Below are positions 1 to 11,799 of a stretch of DNA of 64,000 bases, in pieces. The notes under the pieces were generated by a model. It was not told the origin of the DNA. It saw only the letters and a program-made list of their open reading frames with translations, and did no database searches. A program made the position numbers and the translations under genes. Positions within the stretch are counted from its first letter, which is position 1. Each line of letters starts with the position of its first letter. The stretch covers positions 127,598,001 to 127,662,000 of the forward strand of contig NC_058368.1 in NCBI RefSeq assembly GCF_018350175.1. The letters are read 5' to 3'. This stretch comes from Felis catus (lineage: Eukaryota).

Positions 1-457
1 CACAGATTATAATAAAATGTAGTAAAATAAATAGGAGTGAAACTTCTGAGTATGTATTACCTGTTTTTGATATAATTTATGTATTTATCTTTTTAATTTT
101 TTTAAATGTTTATTTATTTTTGACAGAGAGAGAGAGAGAGAGAGACAGAGCACAAGTGGGGGAGGAGCAGAGAGAGAGAGGGAGACACAGAATCTGAAGC
201 AGGCTCCAGGCTCCGAGCTGTCAGCACAGAGCCTGACGCGGGGCTTGAACTCACAAACTGCAAGATCATGACCTGAGCCGAAGTCGGACGCTTAACCAAC
301 TGAGCCACCCAGGAACCCCAGATATAATTTACTTTATTGGAAGTTTATGTACGTTAATTTTAAACAATGATGTATGTAACAATTAGCTCACCAAATTTAT
401 GAATATTTAAAAATTAGTGCTTATGAGCCAGTATAGGCAGACCCTGGAACGCTAATG
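1..457 (+). mobile_element. MER63B/C-like hAT-Blackjack DNA transposon remnant, interrupted by a SINE
   Basis: The 3' part (...tgtatgtaacaattagctcaccaaatttatgaatatttaaaaattagtgcttatgagccagtataggcagaccctggaacgctaatg) resembles the MER63 terminus and the MER63A copy at 41310. Confidence 0.55.
80..319 (-). mobile_element. CAN-SINE (felid SINEC)
   Basis: tRNA-like head, (CT)n tract and A tail on the minus strand. TSD gatataattta at 69-79 and 321-331. Confidence 0.95.
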
Positions 458-459
458 TT

Positions 460-592
460 GTATATCCTTTCATTTGAAATGCTTGTTTATTTGTGATTTT
501 TCTAAATTTGGGTTGTACCATTGATTTGTAAAGTTCTCTATAATGTCGAGATATGAGGCCTTTATCAGATATATATTGCTAATATCATTCTT
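460..592 (-). mobile_element. Old L1M fragment
   Basis: ttgatttgtaaagttctctataat...cctttatcagatatatattgctaatatc is typical antisense L1 ORF2 3' sequence. Confidence 0.5.
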
Positions 593-1443
593 AAGCCTAA
601 GTCCCACTTTTTAAGAGAGAACTTGACAAACCCAGTATTTTGTTTGCTTAAACAAGCCATGAAAGGGGATACAAACATCTACAGATTATTATGAGCCTCT
701 GGATTCAAGCCATATACTAGATATGGGAAAACTTTAGAGAAGGTTCATCATTAATTTATGGCATGTTTCAATATTTCACAAGCACATAAATGACCTACTG
801 TAGTGATCACCAGCCATCCCACCCAGAGCTGGAGCACCTACAAGTACAGAATCATATTGTCTTCAGATTGTAGAGGAATTCAAAGACCCACTATTGCTTT
901 GTCCCTTCCACCTCACCATTCTATGTTGGATACGTACCCCAATTAGCATCCCCTCCACCAAAGCACTACAATCTATGCATTCATTTAAGAAATGGTAAAG
1001 TATAAGCAATTTTATTCTAATAATCCTTGAGGCGTTTGTGACAATGTATATAGAGATATGTGGTAATTAAAACCAAGAAGAAAAGACAATGAATTTAAAT
1101 TCAACTTATGTGATGTAAGGTGATGACCCAACATCTCCTTTTTGTTCCATGGGTTTATACTGGGCCCCTGAACACCATGCAAGTCTTCTAATTCTTTGGG
1201 TGTTTCCCTAGTCCTACTTTTCTTCCTTCCCCAACTTTGCTTTGTTTTACTGTCTTTTCTAAACTATGTTAACACCTAGATGACAATACAAATGTGTTAA
1301 TGCATAACCCCATCCAAAGGAATACAATTCATACTGACCAGGAGCTGCTAGAAACAATGCCCAAACCCATTTAATAAACTATAATGAGGAGAAACTCAGA
1401 CACCAGAGTGAGCCTAATTTTGGTAAAGTTCAATCTACACAAT

Positions 1444-1622
1444 GGTGGCTCTCAAACATAACTGCATCTGGAGAGTTTTAGAAATTTCAGGGTCCATGCC
1501 GTGTCCCAAACCAAATAAATGAGATTCTCTGAGGGTGGGACCCAGCGTCAGCATTTCTTAAAAGTGGAGGTGATTTCAATGTGCTGCCAAGTTTGAGAAT
1601 AACCCCAGGTTGAGAAATATCG
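1444..1622. mobile_element. MER5B-like hAT-Charlie MITE
   Basis: gtggctctcaaac...tctctgagggtgggaccc...ggtgatttcaatgtgctgccaagtttgagaa. Confidence 0.6.
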
Positions 1623-1868
1623 GTATAAAACAGAACCTGCATCTGTAAATTAAGGTCATTCATTCCTCCCTGTCCTAATTAAAAGAACACATCTGCATTC
1701 CACCTCTGTGATGAAGCACTACCTATTAATCAGAGATATCCTAGATCATCTTTTTCTTCCCTGGGCTACATAATCTTAGCTCTTATGTCTTCTCTGTCTT
1801 AAGTTTTCCTTGTTTAGGCTCCTATACCAGTTTTCAATTCACTGTCATGTTCTAACATAAAAATCCAT

Positions 1869-2079
1869 TTTTTTTCAACGTTTATTTATTTTTGGGACAG
1901 AGAGAGACAGAGCATGAACGGGGGAGGGGGCAGAGAGAGAGGGAGACACAGAATCGGAAACAGGCTCCAGTCTCTGAGCCATCAGCCCAGAGCCTGACGC
2001 GGGGCTCGAACTCCCGGACCGCGAGATCGTGACCTGGCTGAAGTCGGACGCTTAACCGACTGCGCCACCCAGGCGCCCC
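1869..2079 (-). mobile_element. Young SINEC_Fc
   Basis: Near-consensus and CpG-rich. TSD aaaaatccatttttt begins at 1859 and at 2080. Confidence 0.97.
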
Positions 2080-3221
2080 AAAAATCCATTTTTTATGAAA
2101 GCACAGATATAAATTTCTGACTAAACTGGAGCGAGTTGTAATTCATATATGTGTATTTACAAAATACATTTTAATATGTGGCCACATTTAGTTGGCCTGG
2201 AAGCATTTAAAACTTTTTCTTGGTATTCCATGTTATAAATCAAAAAGTGCCAAACAACTGATTTGAGCTCACAAAGGAGCTAACTCAGGACTGAAACAGA
2301 ATTTATCCACCTCAGAGATCAGTAACAGCAAATCAGGGAAGAAAATAGGATTTCCCACCAATAACTCACAGCTCTCTGGGAGAACAAGGAAGTGCATGTC
2401 TATGATGCCCAGCAGCAGCTTCCAAAATTAAAAAATTTACAACACTTTGAAAAGGGATTGTGCTTTAACATTTACACTTGTAAATCAAAGTCTTGGATTC
2501 AGAACCAAAGATTAAAGTCAGTACAAATGATATTCTAAATGTGCAGAAGGAGGCTCCAAATCCTCTTAGTTCTTTCTGACTAAAAGAAAAGTAGAGAGTA
2601 AAAAGTAAAGAGTCAAAGTCTACAGGTCCTGACAGGGATATAACAAAAGGCATGGCACAGAATGGGTTGAAACATGCATTTCTAAAATCTGTAGGGTAGT
2701 AAACCAGGTGTCACCTTTTTCATTTGTTAGGCTAATTAGTTTCATTTATTAGGCTAATTAATATCTTATAACATATTTGGGTTATTATTAATATGGTAAC
2801 TAAGCAGTATTTGGGGGGAGTCTGTTTCAAGAACAAATATTTTACAATCTTAATCACTGAAAGTTTAAACAATACACCAATTCTATTTTTATAGCATTAA
2901 ATTAATGTTTTAAACTAAACCTACTTTGAAACGGACACCACATTTCGAAAAACTTTATTAAGCACAAAGACATTCTGGTCTTAAACATTGGCATGGTATT
3001 TCCAGTTTGCAATACCAGGTGTAAATACACAAGTTTGTAACTAAAGCCCATTCTCTCATTTCATAAGCACAAAAGGAAGTGCATCTGAGAACCCAGGGTT
3101 CAGGAGATGGAAAGACTGCTTATAATTTCACTATTCAAATATATTTAGTTTTCATTTGTGATGACAGCAAATTTCTCCTACTGAAAACTCCTACTAGAAA
3201 AATATTCCTAACAATGAGCAC

Positions 3222-3300
3222 TTCATTCACTGATTCACTCATTCATTCATTCAGCAAGCATTTATTGAGTACCTACTAAGTTCCAGGTTGGGATTATGTG
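3222..3300 (-). mobile_element. L2 3' end
   Basis: cattcattcattcagcaagcatttattgagtacctac. Confidence 0.65.
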
Positions 3301-3510
3301 TGAATGGACGGGATCACTGACCTCTCCTAGTCTCTAGAAGGGAATCTGACTCAGTATGTTTAGGCCACTGATGGCGAGCTACTGAAATGCCCTTTCACTT
3401 TCTTGGTGTTTTTGTTTGTTTTTTTTTTAAGAGAATGAGAAGGAGGAAATTGCTGCTGTTGTCCGTGCTCAGTAGATAGACAGGTGGTTGTTTTAAGAAC
3501 CAGCTTTAAG

Positions 3511-3733
3511 CCTACCTGGGTGGCTCAGTCAGTTAAGTGTCTGGCTCTTGACTTAGACTCAGGTCATGATCTCAAAGTTTGTGAGTTCAAGCCCCACAGT
3601 GGGCTGTGCGCTGCTGGCACAGAGCCTCCTTGGGATTCTTTCCCTCTCCTTTTCACTCTGCCCATCCCCCACTCATGTGCTGTTTCTCTCTCTCTCAAAA
3701 TAAATAAATACACTTTAAAAATTTTTTTAAAAA
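3511..3733 (+). mobile_element. CAN-SINE (older subfamily)
   Basis: cctgggtggctcagtcagttaag head, B box gagttcaagccc, CT tract, aataaataaa tail. Confidence 0.92.
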
Positions 3734-5184
3734 GCACCAGTTTTAGACACAATAGTTTGTAATAGCATTTATGGGAAAATTGTCAACATAACTAACCTGT
3801 ACACGTGTTTTCTTCTTAAAATTTGATGTGGAATTTCCGATGAAGGTTTTTTGGGTTTTTTTGTTTGTTTGTTTGTTTTTTAGTGTTATGTACTTAATAA
3901 AGGGTAGTGCCACATTTTCGCAGTTTATATTCTAGCCTTCTGCTCTGTGGAGTAAAATGTGGGTTTGCTTGTGATGCAACTCCTGTGTTTGTTGCCAATG
4001 ACAACCGCTGTTTTCTTGATTAGGTTTCATGTGGTTGGTCAGGTTATGTCATGAGAATTACATTAAGGAGAAGCACTACAGGTTTGTCGAGTGCCAGCTC
4101 TGAGCAGTAAGAATGGTGGGAGCATGGCATTGGGAGTTGGCAGTGTTTCTGTTGGCCAGAGATTAGAAATGCAGACTCCTGGCACTCTACATATGCCCTT
4201 CCTCATCAATTGGCTCCCCTCTCCACTCCCCTGGCATCTGTTTTCTAGCCTCCGGAAAAATACACATGTGGAAAGCACCATCAACCAATTCTCGTTTGCA
4301 GTTCTTCACATTTTTGTGGTTTCAAGAAACCTTGAACTGCAATCTCCTTCTGTCAGGATATGTATCTGAGAACAACCTAAATCAACTGTAATTTTCAACA
4401 GATTCTGAACTGGGATTTGGAAAGGTAAGGTAGTTATTGAATTGAATTATAATAAATTCAGGCCTCGGTCCAACTGCTTCCAGCTCTTCTCCCTCTGCGG
4501 GTTAACAAGTGTTTCCAAAGCCGTAGGGCATTAAGAATCCTGAAGCAGCTAATTAACAGTGCTGAGCCACATCATGTGTAGCTTTTGGGTTTCAGGCAGC
4601 TGTAAAACCTCAGCTTCCTCAGGCTATCCGAATGTTGAGAGGGAGCTCTTAGAATTGTATTTTGACATTCTGCCCCCTGCCTGTGGCTGAAAATAACCTT
4701 TCAATAGGCACTTTAGGCCAGGATAGTACTCTGGGCATAAAAAAGCCTCATTGCCATGACTATGAAAAAGTAAAGGAACATTTCCTCATGTCCAGACTGT
4801 GACTCACAACTGGCTTGTTAATGGACAAAGGAGGCCTGAGGCATTCTCTTGACACATCATCCAACCGAATAAAATATGGCAATGGTGAGACATTGAGTTT
4901 CATAGCTTTGGATCAGTTATCTTCTAAAAGACAGATAATGCCTAGATGAAGGAGGTTCCTGATAGCCATTTTGAACATTTTCTATTTTATACCTATTAAA
5001 AGATTTCATCAAGGGAAATAGAGGACCAACCTACTACACCCACAGGTAAAAAAAAAACAAAATCAGTAATGAAAGGAGTACCATTTTCCCAAAAACCTTG
5101 GACATGATGAGATGAAGTTGTTTTACCTTGTATATATGTGGCTATAAGTTGTGTGCTTTATTAATAAAAAGAGCCTGTCACACT

Positions 5185-5619
5185 GACAAAGAAAAGCCTT
5201 ATCTCTTGCCTCCAACCTATAGTCCATCCTCCATAGTGTTATCAAAAATGTCTTTCTGAGACATCTCATTCTCCTACTTGAATAACCTTGATTTCTTTTT
5301 TCTGTTTCATTTCTTATGGTCCTTAAAGGCTTTCCCTACCAGACTCACATCTTTTCAGCTTCATCTCAGGGTACCAGGAAGGGTACTGTGGACTCAAAAT
5401 GCTATAGCCATAAAAATTTACCAAACATGCCATGTTCTTTCAGGTCTGGTACACCACCCACATAATTGCTGGCTGAATTCTTTGTTCCTTTAACAGTATG
5501 ACTTAAATGTCACCTCTCTGAAATCCTTCCTTCTCCTACCAAAAAGTAGGAATCACATCCCTCATCACCTCCATTTACTCCTTTATAACCTACATTACAA
5601 GGACAGGGTCTGGGGCATA

Positions 5620-5670
<51 letters not shown>

Positions 5671-5832
5671 GTTAGTAGGCTGTATAGCCAACATAAGGCT
5701 TGAACTCATAATCTTGAGATCAAGAGGTGCATGCTGTACTGAGCCAGCCAGGCGTGGGGCTTACCAATTTATACTCCATATTTATATTGTCCCTAGGATA
5801 TATATGGAAGGTGCTAAGTGGCTTGTTGAAGA
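5185..5832 (+). mobile_element. L2 fragment (interrupted by short SINE)
   Basis: agtccatcctccatagtgtt...cttaaatgtcacctctctgaaatccttcc...ggtgctaagtggcttgttgaa. Confidence 0.55.
5622..5754 (-). mobile_element. Short tRNA-derived CAN-SINE (no CT tract) with 48-nt pure poly(A)
   Basis: T48 at 5622-5669 followed by a diverged tRNA-Lys-like body. TSD tggggc(a/t)tacc at 5611-5621 and 5755-5765. Confidence 0.8.
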
Positions 5833-6189
5833 GAGAGATGGGTAGGTAGAAACATGACTGAAATTAAGTCACAGAACTAGACCATACCTAAACGTTCTTT
5901 TAATTCCATAACTTACTTTATACAATTTATTTTTAATGAGGAGGGTTTGAAGTGATTCCTAGGAAATATATCAGTTAGCAACTGACATTAATATTCAGTG
6001 ACAATTGAAATTACAAGTGAAATTACAACATGAGATTCACTCTGGCATATAGTGTCTCTCTTTCATCAAGAGACTTTACTACAAAGGATGGAAGCTCCAT
6101 AGCCTGAAATATAAAAGCTGGGACTATAAGCAGCTAAAATTCAGTGTGATGGTTCAACAGTTAGAGGCACATCTTAAAAATGCATATCT

Positions 6190-6390
6190 GGGGCACCTGG
6201 GTGGCTCAGTTGGTTAAGTGTCTGCCACTTGATTTCAGCTCAGGTTATGATCTCACACTTGTGAGATCGAGCCCGGAGTTGGGCTCCACACTGAGCATGG
6301 AGCCTGCTTAGGATTCTCTCTGTCCCTCTGCACCTCTCCCCTGGTCACTCACTTTCTCTGTCTCTCTCTCTCTGAAATAAATAAATATTT
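6190..6390 (+). mobile_element. CAN-SINE (older subfamily)
   Basis: Full head, CT tract and tail, flanked by ttaaaaatgcatatct. Confidence 0.95.
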
Positions 6391-6406
6391 TAAAAATGCA
6401 TATCTA

Positions 6407-6618
6407 GGGGCACCTGGATGTCTTAGTCAGTTGAGCTTCCAACTTCGGCTCAGGTCATGATCTCACAGTCTGTGAGTTCGAGCCCCGTGTCGGGCTGTCT
6501 GCTGACAGCTCAGAGCCTGGAGCCTGCTTCGGATTCTGCGTCTCCCTCTATCTCTGGCCCTCCCCCGTTCATGCTCTGTCTCTCTCTGTCTCAAAAGTAA
6601 ATAAACGTTAAAAAAAAT
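6407..6618 (+). mobile_element. CAN-SINE (felid subfamily)
   Basis: Full element flanked by ttaaaaatgcatatcta at 6390-6406 and 6618-6634. Confidence 0.95.
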
Positions 6619-6780
6619 TAAAAATGCATATCTAAAGCCAAAAGCTATGAATGATGCTAATATATACTGAATGCCATAATTCAGATATTTAATTATCTAT
6701 AATGTTAAAAATAGGCTGAAGTAAGAGTATAATAGGAGTAAGGTAAATCATAATACTTGTTTAAAATAACAAAGTATGTG

Positions 6781-6925
6781 TAAAACCCAAAGTCCTCAGC
6801 AACAGAAAAATGGGCAAATAAGTTCTAGCATGGTACATCCATAAAATGGTTATTATGGAGGAGTTAAAAGTTCTATCTTTGAAGAACATTTAATGATTTG
6901 CTAAAAATGTTCACGGTATAATGTT
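6781..6925 (+). mobile_element. Old L1M 3' fragment
   Basis: aacccaaagtcctcagcaacagaaaaatgggcaaataa...tggtacatccataaaatgg. Confidence 0.55.
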
Positions 6926-7197
6926 CCTTTCAAGAGGGAGGAAAGACAGGGTTTGAAAAAATCTAATCAAAGACTATTTGCAGCACAGTTAGTGGCTTCT
7001 TCACAGATCTTGGTACAGTGGCAGGACTTGGGCACCAGAAGCTCAGCCCAGTAATAAAGGCTTAACTCTGAGATGGGAAAGCCACTCGGAAGGGAACACA
7101 GTGATTACTTGAATTTATTGCCAGAGATGAATCTTTGGGTTGTGGAGAGAGCAGAGAGCTGTAAGTAAAGAGATGTTGGGAAAAAAAAGGGGGGGGG

Positions 7198-7306
7198 GGG
7201 GTGCCTGACCAGCTCAGTGGGTGGAGCATGCAATTCTTGATCTTGGGGTTGTGAGTTCAAGCCCCCCGTTGGGTGGAGATATTACTTAAAAACAAAATAT
7301 TAAAAA
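7198..7306 (+). mobile_element. Short tRNA-derived CAN-SINE
   Basis: A box (agctcagtgggtggagc), B box (gagttcaagccc), then attacttaaaaacaaaat tail. Preceded by a G13 run. Confidence 0.8.
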
Positions 7307-7677
7307 GAGAGAGAGAGACATGTTGAATATAACTTTGTACAATATTAGGAACAAAGGGAGAAAGTTAAATGTCAGTGGAGGAGATGCAAAGTAGAAGCAT
7401 GGTCCCTGGGTAGGAACAAGACCTGATGAACCTTGGGGAGTACAGGGGGCTGCTGGGCCTTTTGGAGGAGCAGTGGTTCCAATAAAGGGGGCTTGTTCTT
7501 TTGAAACACCTTTGGGAACTCCCAGAAATAATTAGTTGGATTGCATAGAAAAACTACCTCAGCAAATGTGGGCTAAAGCTAATGAAATTTACATTATTAA
7601 AATTAACATAATCTCATTTGTTGTCACAGGCTGGTAAGGTCTGGCAATTTTTAGAGTAAAGATTCTTCTTAAAAATT

Positions 7678-7778
7678 GGAGGTGCTCAGCTGGCTCCCTC
7701 AGTATAGCATGCAACTCTTGATCTCAGGGCTGTAAGCGGGAGCTCCTATTGGGTATAGCCATTACTTAAAAATAAACT
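7678..7778 (+). mobile_element. Short tRNA-derived CAN-SINE (diverged; tail interrupted)
   Basis: gcatgcaactcttgatctcagggctgtaag...gggtatagccattacttaaaaataaa. Confidence 0.75.
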
Positions 7779-8004
7779 TTTTTTTTTAATTTTTTTTTCA
7801 ACGTTTTTATTTTATTTTTGGGACAGAGAGAGACAGAGCATGAACGGGGGAGGGGCAGAGAGAGAGGGAGACACAGAATCGGAAACAGGCTCCAGGCTCT
7901 GAGCCATCAGCCCAGAGCCCGACGCGGGGCTCGAACTCACGGACCGCGAGATCATGACCTGGCTGAAGTCGGCCGCTTAACCAACTGCGCCACCCAGGCG
8001 CCCC
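7779..8004 (-). mobile_element. Young SINEC_Fc
   Basis: Near-consensus. TSD aaaaataaact at 7768-7778 and 8005-8015. Confidence 0.97.
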
Positions 8005-8738
8005 AAAAATAAACTCTTAAAAAACAATCATTATATAGGTATAGGAGAAGATTCATAATACTCATTTACCAAGTTTGTTGTAAGTAGTGATGTAGGTTTT
8101 GTAAAAATAAAATAAAGAAGAAAAAGCAACAAAACAAAATCCAAAATAAACCAGTGTAATTTTAGACCTCTCTGACCTTAAGGGTAAAAATACTGTCCCA
8201 AAGGAGACAATCAGTTCACTGTTCTCCGAGTTTGTTGAGGGGTTGCCTGAAGCAGCAAGCCACACTGTTAATAGAAACAGGCATGTTGATGACTCTGGAA
8301 ATATTTCATGAGGGAAAGGGCTCCAAAATGGGGAAGCCAAACCTAAAGAACATACTGAGTGTGGATATACCAGTTGTTCCAAATGGTGAAGGTCATTTCA
8401 AGGAAGAAAAATTGGTAGAAATCTCTTACTCAGAATTAAGAGCCAAAGGTGGGCAGTGCAAAGAAGCAGACAAACAACTCCTTATAAAGACTGGTTTCTA
8501 AATGACTGGAGCCGTCTCATGACACATCAGGTTTCCTTGAAAGGCAGTATGTGTTAGGTCATTTTATGTTCCCAGGAAAAAGCTATCAGATGCCTGATCA
8601 CGGCAGTCTCTGTGTCGGATAAGTGATTAGACTTAATGATGTCTGTGTTCCTTCCAGTGTTAAGAGTCAAGATTCTCTGGGTTTTGTCTCCGGAAAAAAC
8701 TATTACTTGGAATTATTGCAATTTTCTTTGGCTCATTT

Positions 8739-8944
8739 TTTTTAATGTTTTGCATTTTATTTTTGAGAGACAGAGAGTGAGTGGGACAGAGGCAGACAAA
8801 GAGAGGGAGACCCAGAATCCGAAGCAGGCTGCAGGCTCCAGGCTGTCGGCACAGAGCCTGGCATGGGTCTCGAACCCACAAACCGTGAGATCATGAACTG
8901 AGCTGAAGTTGAACATTTAACCAATTGAGCCACCCAGGCATCCC
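8739..8944 (-). mobile_element. CAN-SINE
   Basis: TSD ttctttggctcattt at 8724-8738 and 8945-8959. Confidence 0.95.
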
Positions 8945-11104
8945 TTCTTTGGCTCATTTGAAGTCACGCTACGTGTTTAATTGTATTTAAAATACAGTGG
9001 TATTTTAAACTTTATACAGGTATAAGCGTATTCCTCATGGGAGTACAAAATGTGCCCCAAATGGATATAAGCGATATTTTAAAATTGAAATCCTTTGGTT
9101 TTGCGAGCGTTTTGGACCCTGTGGCCTGGTCATTCAGTATTCTGCAAAACAGGAGTTTGGGGTCAGCATCCTTGTAGGAGCAGAATCAGATCTAGGTAAA
9201 ATGTTACCCAGAACCAAAGTTATATTGTCCTGAGCTCAGAGGACAGAGCTGCAGCCCTGAAAACAGCTGTGCATCTTGTGAGCTAATGGGATTATTCCAT
9301 TTAGTGTGATCAATGGAAATTAAAAGGCAGAGACAGGAAGAGTTCTTTATGTATTTTCTTTTTCACTCAGTGGGAATACCACTGGAGGGGGTCTGGGAGA
9401 GAGGAACTGAGTCATCATTTCTGTCTACTTTATGCCAGACCTGGATGTGGACACACAGGGTATCATGCACCCTCATGAGAGGCATGCAGGCATGGGCTCT
9501 CCGTGCTGTAGACAAGGACACAGGGGTTTACAGGCAGTGGCAGTTTAGCCAAATGTAGAGCCTGTATTAAAATACAGCTGTGCTGAATCAAAGCTTATAA
9601 TCGTTCAAATGACTAAAGACAAAATAATGATAATAATGCTAATGAATATTTTAAAATTGTACATTTCAAGTATTGTAGAAAGAAGCCACTTCACTGAATT
9701 TTGGAATGGTTAAAGTGGCCCCAAATTAAGATTAAAATAGAAAGAGTCAAGACCAAATGCATGACTTTACCCATTTCAAAACATTCTGGACTGTGTGAGA
9801 AAATAAAGCCATAAAAAAACAGCCCTCCAAGATTGAAAATAAGAGCAGATAAGCAATTTCCCACTAAAGAAAGAGGGCTACAAAATCATTGTAGAGTGTA
9901 TGGAAATTTCAAAGGGTAGTGACAATGTCCTCTGATGCCCAAAGTGAATAACAGGATGTGTGAGTAAAGCTGCTGACCTATGACCAACTATCTCACCTCA
10001 GAACCCAGGAGCCGCTGACGTTACTTTTCATTTTCTTTCTCTTTCCTCTTCCTCTCTTTGTCCTGGTTTTTCATTCCACCCTCTGCCTCGATTCTGTTTC
10101 CTCCTCTTCCATACTCTGTCCTCTTATCATCCTCCTTTGTCTTTCCTTTTATTACCCTACTACGAATGGCAAATAATTGAAAACTTGTTGTATGTCATGA
10201 AAAACTTCTGTTCACTACTACTCTTCATGTTCAACCCAGGTAGGTGCAATCTGTTTCTTTCGCTGATAATAGTTTTACTTTCCACCCTAACCCTAACCCC
10301 TGCCACAATGCATGCATGTTATGGGGACGAGGGGGCAAAAGTATGATGTCAATACTCTTTGTGAGAAAGAAAATGTTCCTCACCCCTGTCTAAGGAACAG
10401 TTCTTGGTATGCAGGCTGAGTCACTACAGTACGTCCAGCATCACAGAATAATCTACTATGGCATTTTATAGGAACAATGTCAATAGAAGATGGCATCTGA
10501 GAAAATTCAAATCTATTGTTTAAAACTTTTCTGTCAAAGGAGCTTAATACTTTTAATGCACATGCAGTCTAAATATGTTATCCTTGGGTGGAGAAAACAT
10601 CAGTTGTTAAAAGCCTCAAAAGCTACTTGATCTTAGCCAAAGGCTAAAAGCTATGAATACAACCGTGGAGTTCAGAGCGCTCAGAGCCACACAAAGCCAC
10701 TTTAGAAAACCTGCAATGTGAATTCTGTTTCTTCTCAGCTGATGACACTGAATGCTTCCTTTAACCTCATGATTCTGTGTTTTAGAATAATGCCATTGTG
10801 TGATCCTCAGAGAAATAGTGTAAATGGTGGAGAGGCCAAGCACAAGGTATCCCACCCCCAAATATGTAGAGAATTGGTCCTCAAATCCCGAGTATTATTT
10901 TACATTATTAATACTGTCTATAGTATTCATTTATTTACTCCATTAGCAGTATCTATGATTGTTTTCTCAAGTTTCTCAGTCAAAGGGCTGTGGCCTGTGA
11001 GAAAATTTTAAATGCTGAAATGTATTTAAATACAAATTTAATTACTGAAATTTAAGCAATCAAAAACAAGTTCCTGCCCCTAAGATTTCAGCTCTGGAGG
11101 GGGG

Positions 11105-11280
11105 AGGCAACAGTCCTGGGCTTAGCATCACAGGACTTGGATTCAAGTGTTACTTCTGCCATTAGCTCTCTGAGTGACCTCGAGCAACTCCCTTAAGCCT
11201 TCTAGCTCTCTCTTTCCCTTTCTACAAAAACAGGGATTCTATCTGTAAGTCAGAGAATGTGTAAGAAAGTGCAAGGAATA
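11105..11280 (+). mobile_element. MIR
   Basis: ggacttggattcaagtgttacttctgccattagctctctgagtgacctcgagcaactcccttaagc. Confidence 0.65.
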
Positions 11281-11554
11281 CCATGACCACTCAAAAATGA
11301 AGCACTGTAACCAAAGCATTTATAGTCCAGTATCAGACACGATGTGGACTTCCAGGACACAACGAATACTAACACAGGAGGCACCTCAAAGAAGCAAAAG
11401 ACGACCTTCCAAAGGCATGATAAGAGAAATCAGAGCTGTGGGCTCAGAAGAGAGGGAAATCTGTGGTGGTGAGGTCATGAAAAGCTTCCCTGGGGAGAAA
11501 AGATGATAGAGAAAGGGAACTTAATTAAGGAGGACTTAATTAAAGAGGTGCCAT

Positions 11555-11680
11555 ATGCTAGAAGGCATTATTCCCATTGTACTAATGTGGAAACTGAGGC
11601 TAAGAGGTGTTCTGTAACAAGCCTGAGGCCACACTAGAAGCAATAAGTGGCAACACCTACATCTAAAACAAGTTTATTCA
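11555..11680 (-). mobile_element. MIR fragment
   Basis: ttattcccattgtactaatgtggaaactgaggctaagagg. Confidence 0.6.
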
Positions 11681-11732
11681 TTTACTTTTTAATTACGAAG
11701 TCCAGGCACTTGAAATACTAGCAAAATCTTTG

Positions 11733-11734
<2 letters not shown>

Positions 11735-11786
<52 letters not shown>
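11735..11786. repeat. (GT)26 microsatellite
   Basis: Pure GT run. Confidence 0.98.
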
Positions 11787-11789
<3 letters not shown>

Positions 11790-11799
11790 GCAGGAGTGG

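Noticed and set aside
690..930. Possible L3/CR1 remnant ending gtcccttccacctcaccattctatg
   Set aside because: Only the terminus resembles the remembered consensus, so it cannot be supported without a profile search.
7198..7306. tRNA-Lys-like sequences (also 5670-5754, 7678-7778, 13220-13322) as tRNA genes
   Set aside because: Diverged stems, SINE-type 3' extension, A-rich tails and in one case a TSD mark them as short CAN-SINE retrocopies.
7818..8012. Recurrent ORFs 'MGQRETEHERGRGRERGRHRIGNRLQALSHQPR...' (also 12827, 27211, 49698, 58423) resembling a gene family
   Set aside because: They are antisense translations of SINEC_Fc copies that start at TTG in the tail, not genes.
10284..10300. 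ccctaaccctaacccc telomere-like repeat
   Set aside because: Only about 2.5 units, too short to call an interstitial telomeric sequence.
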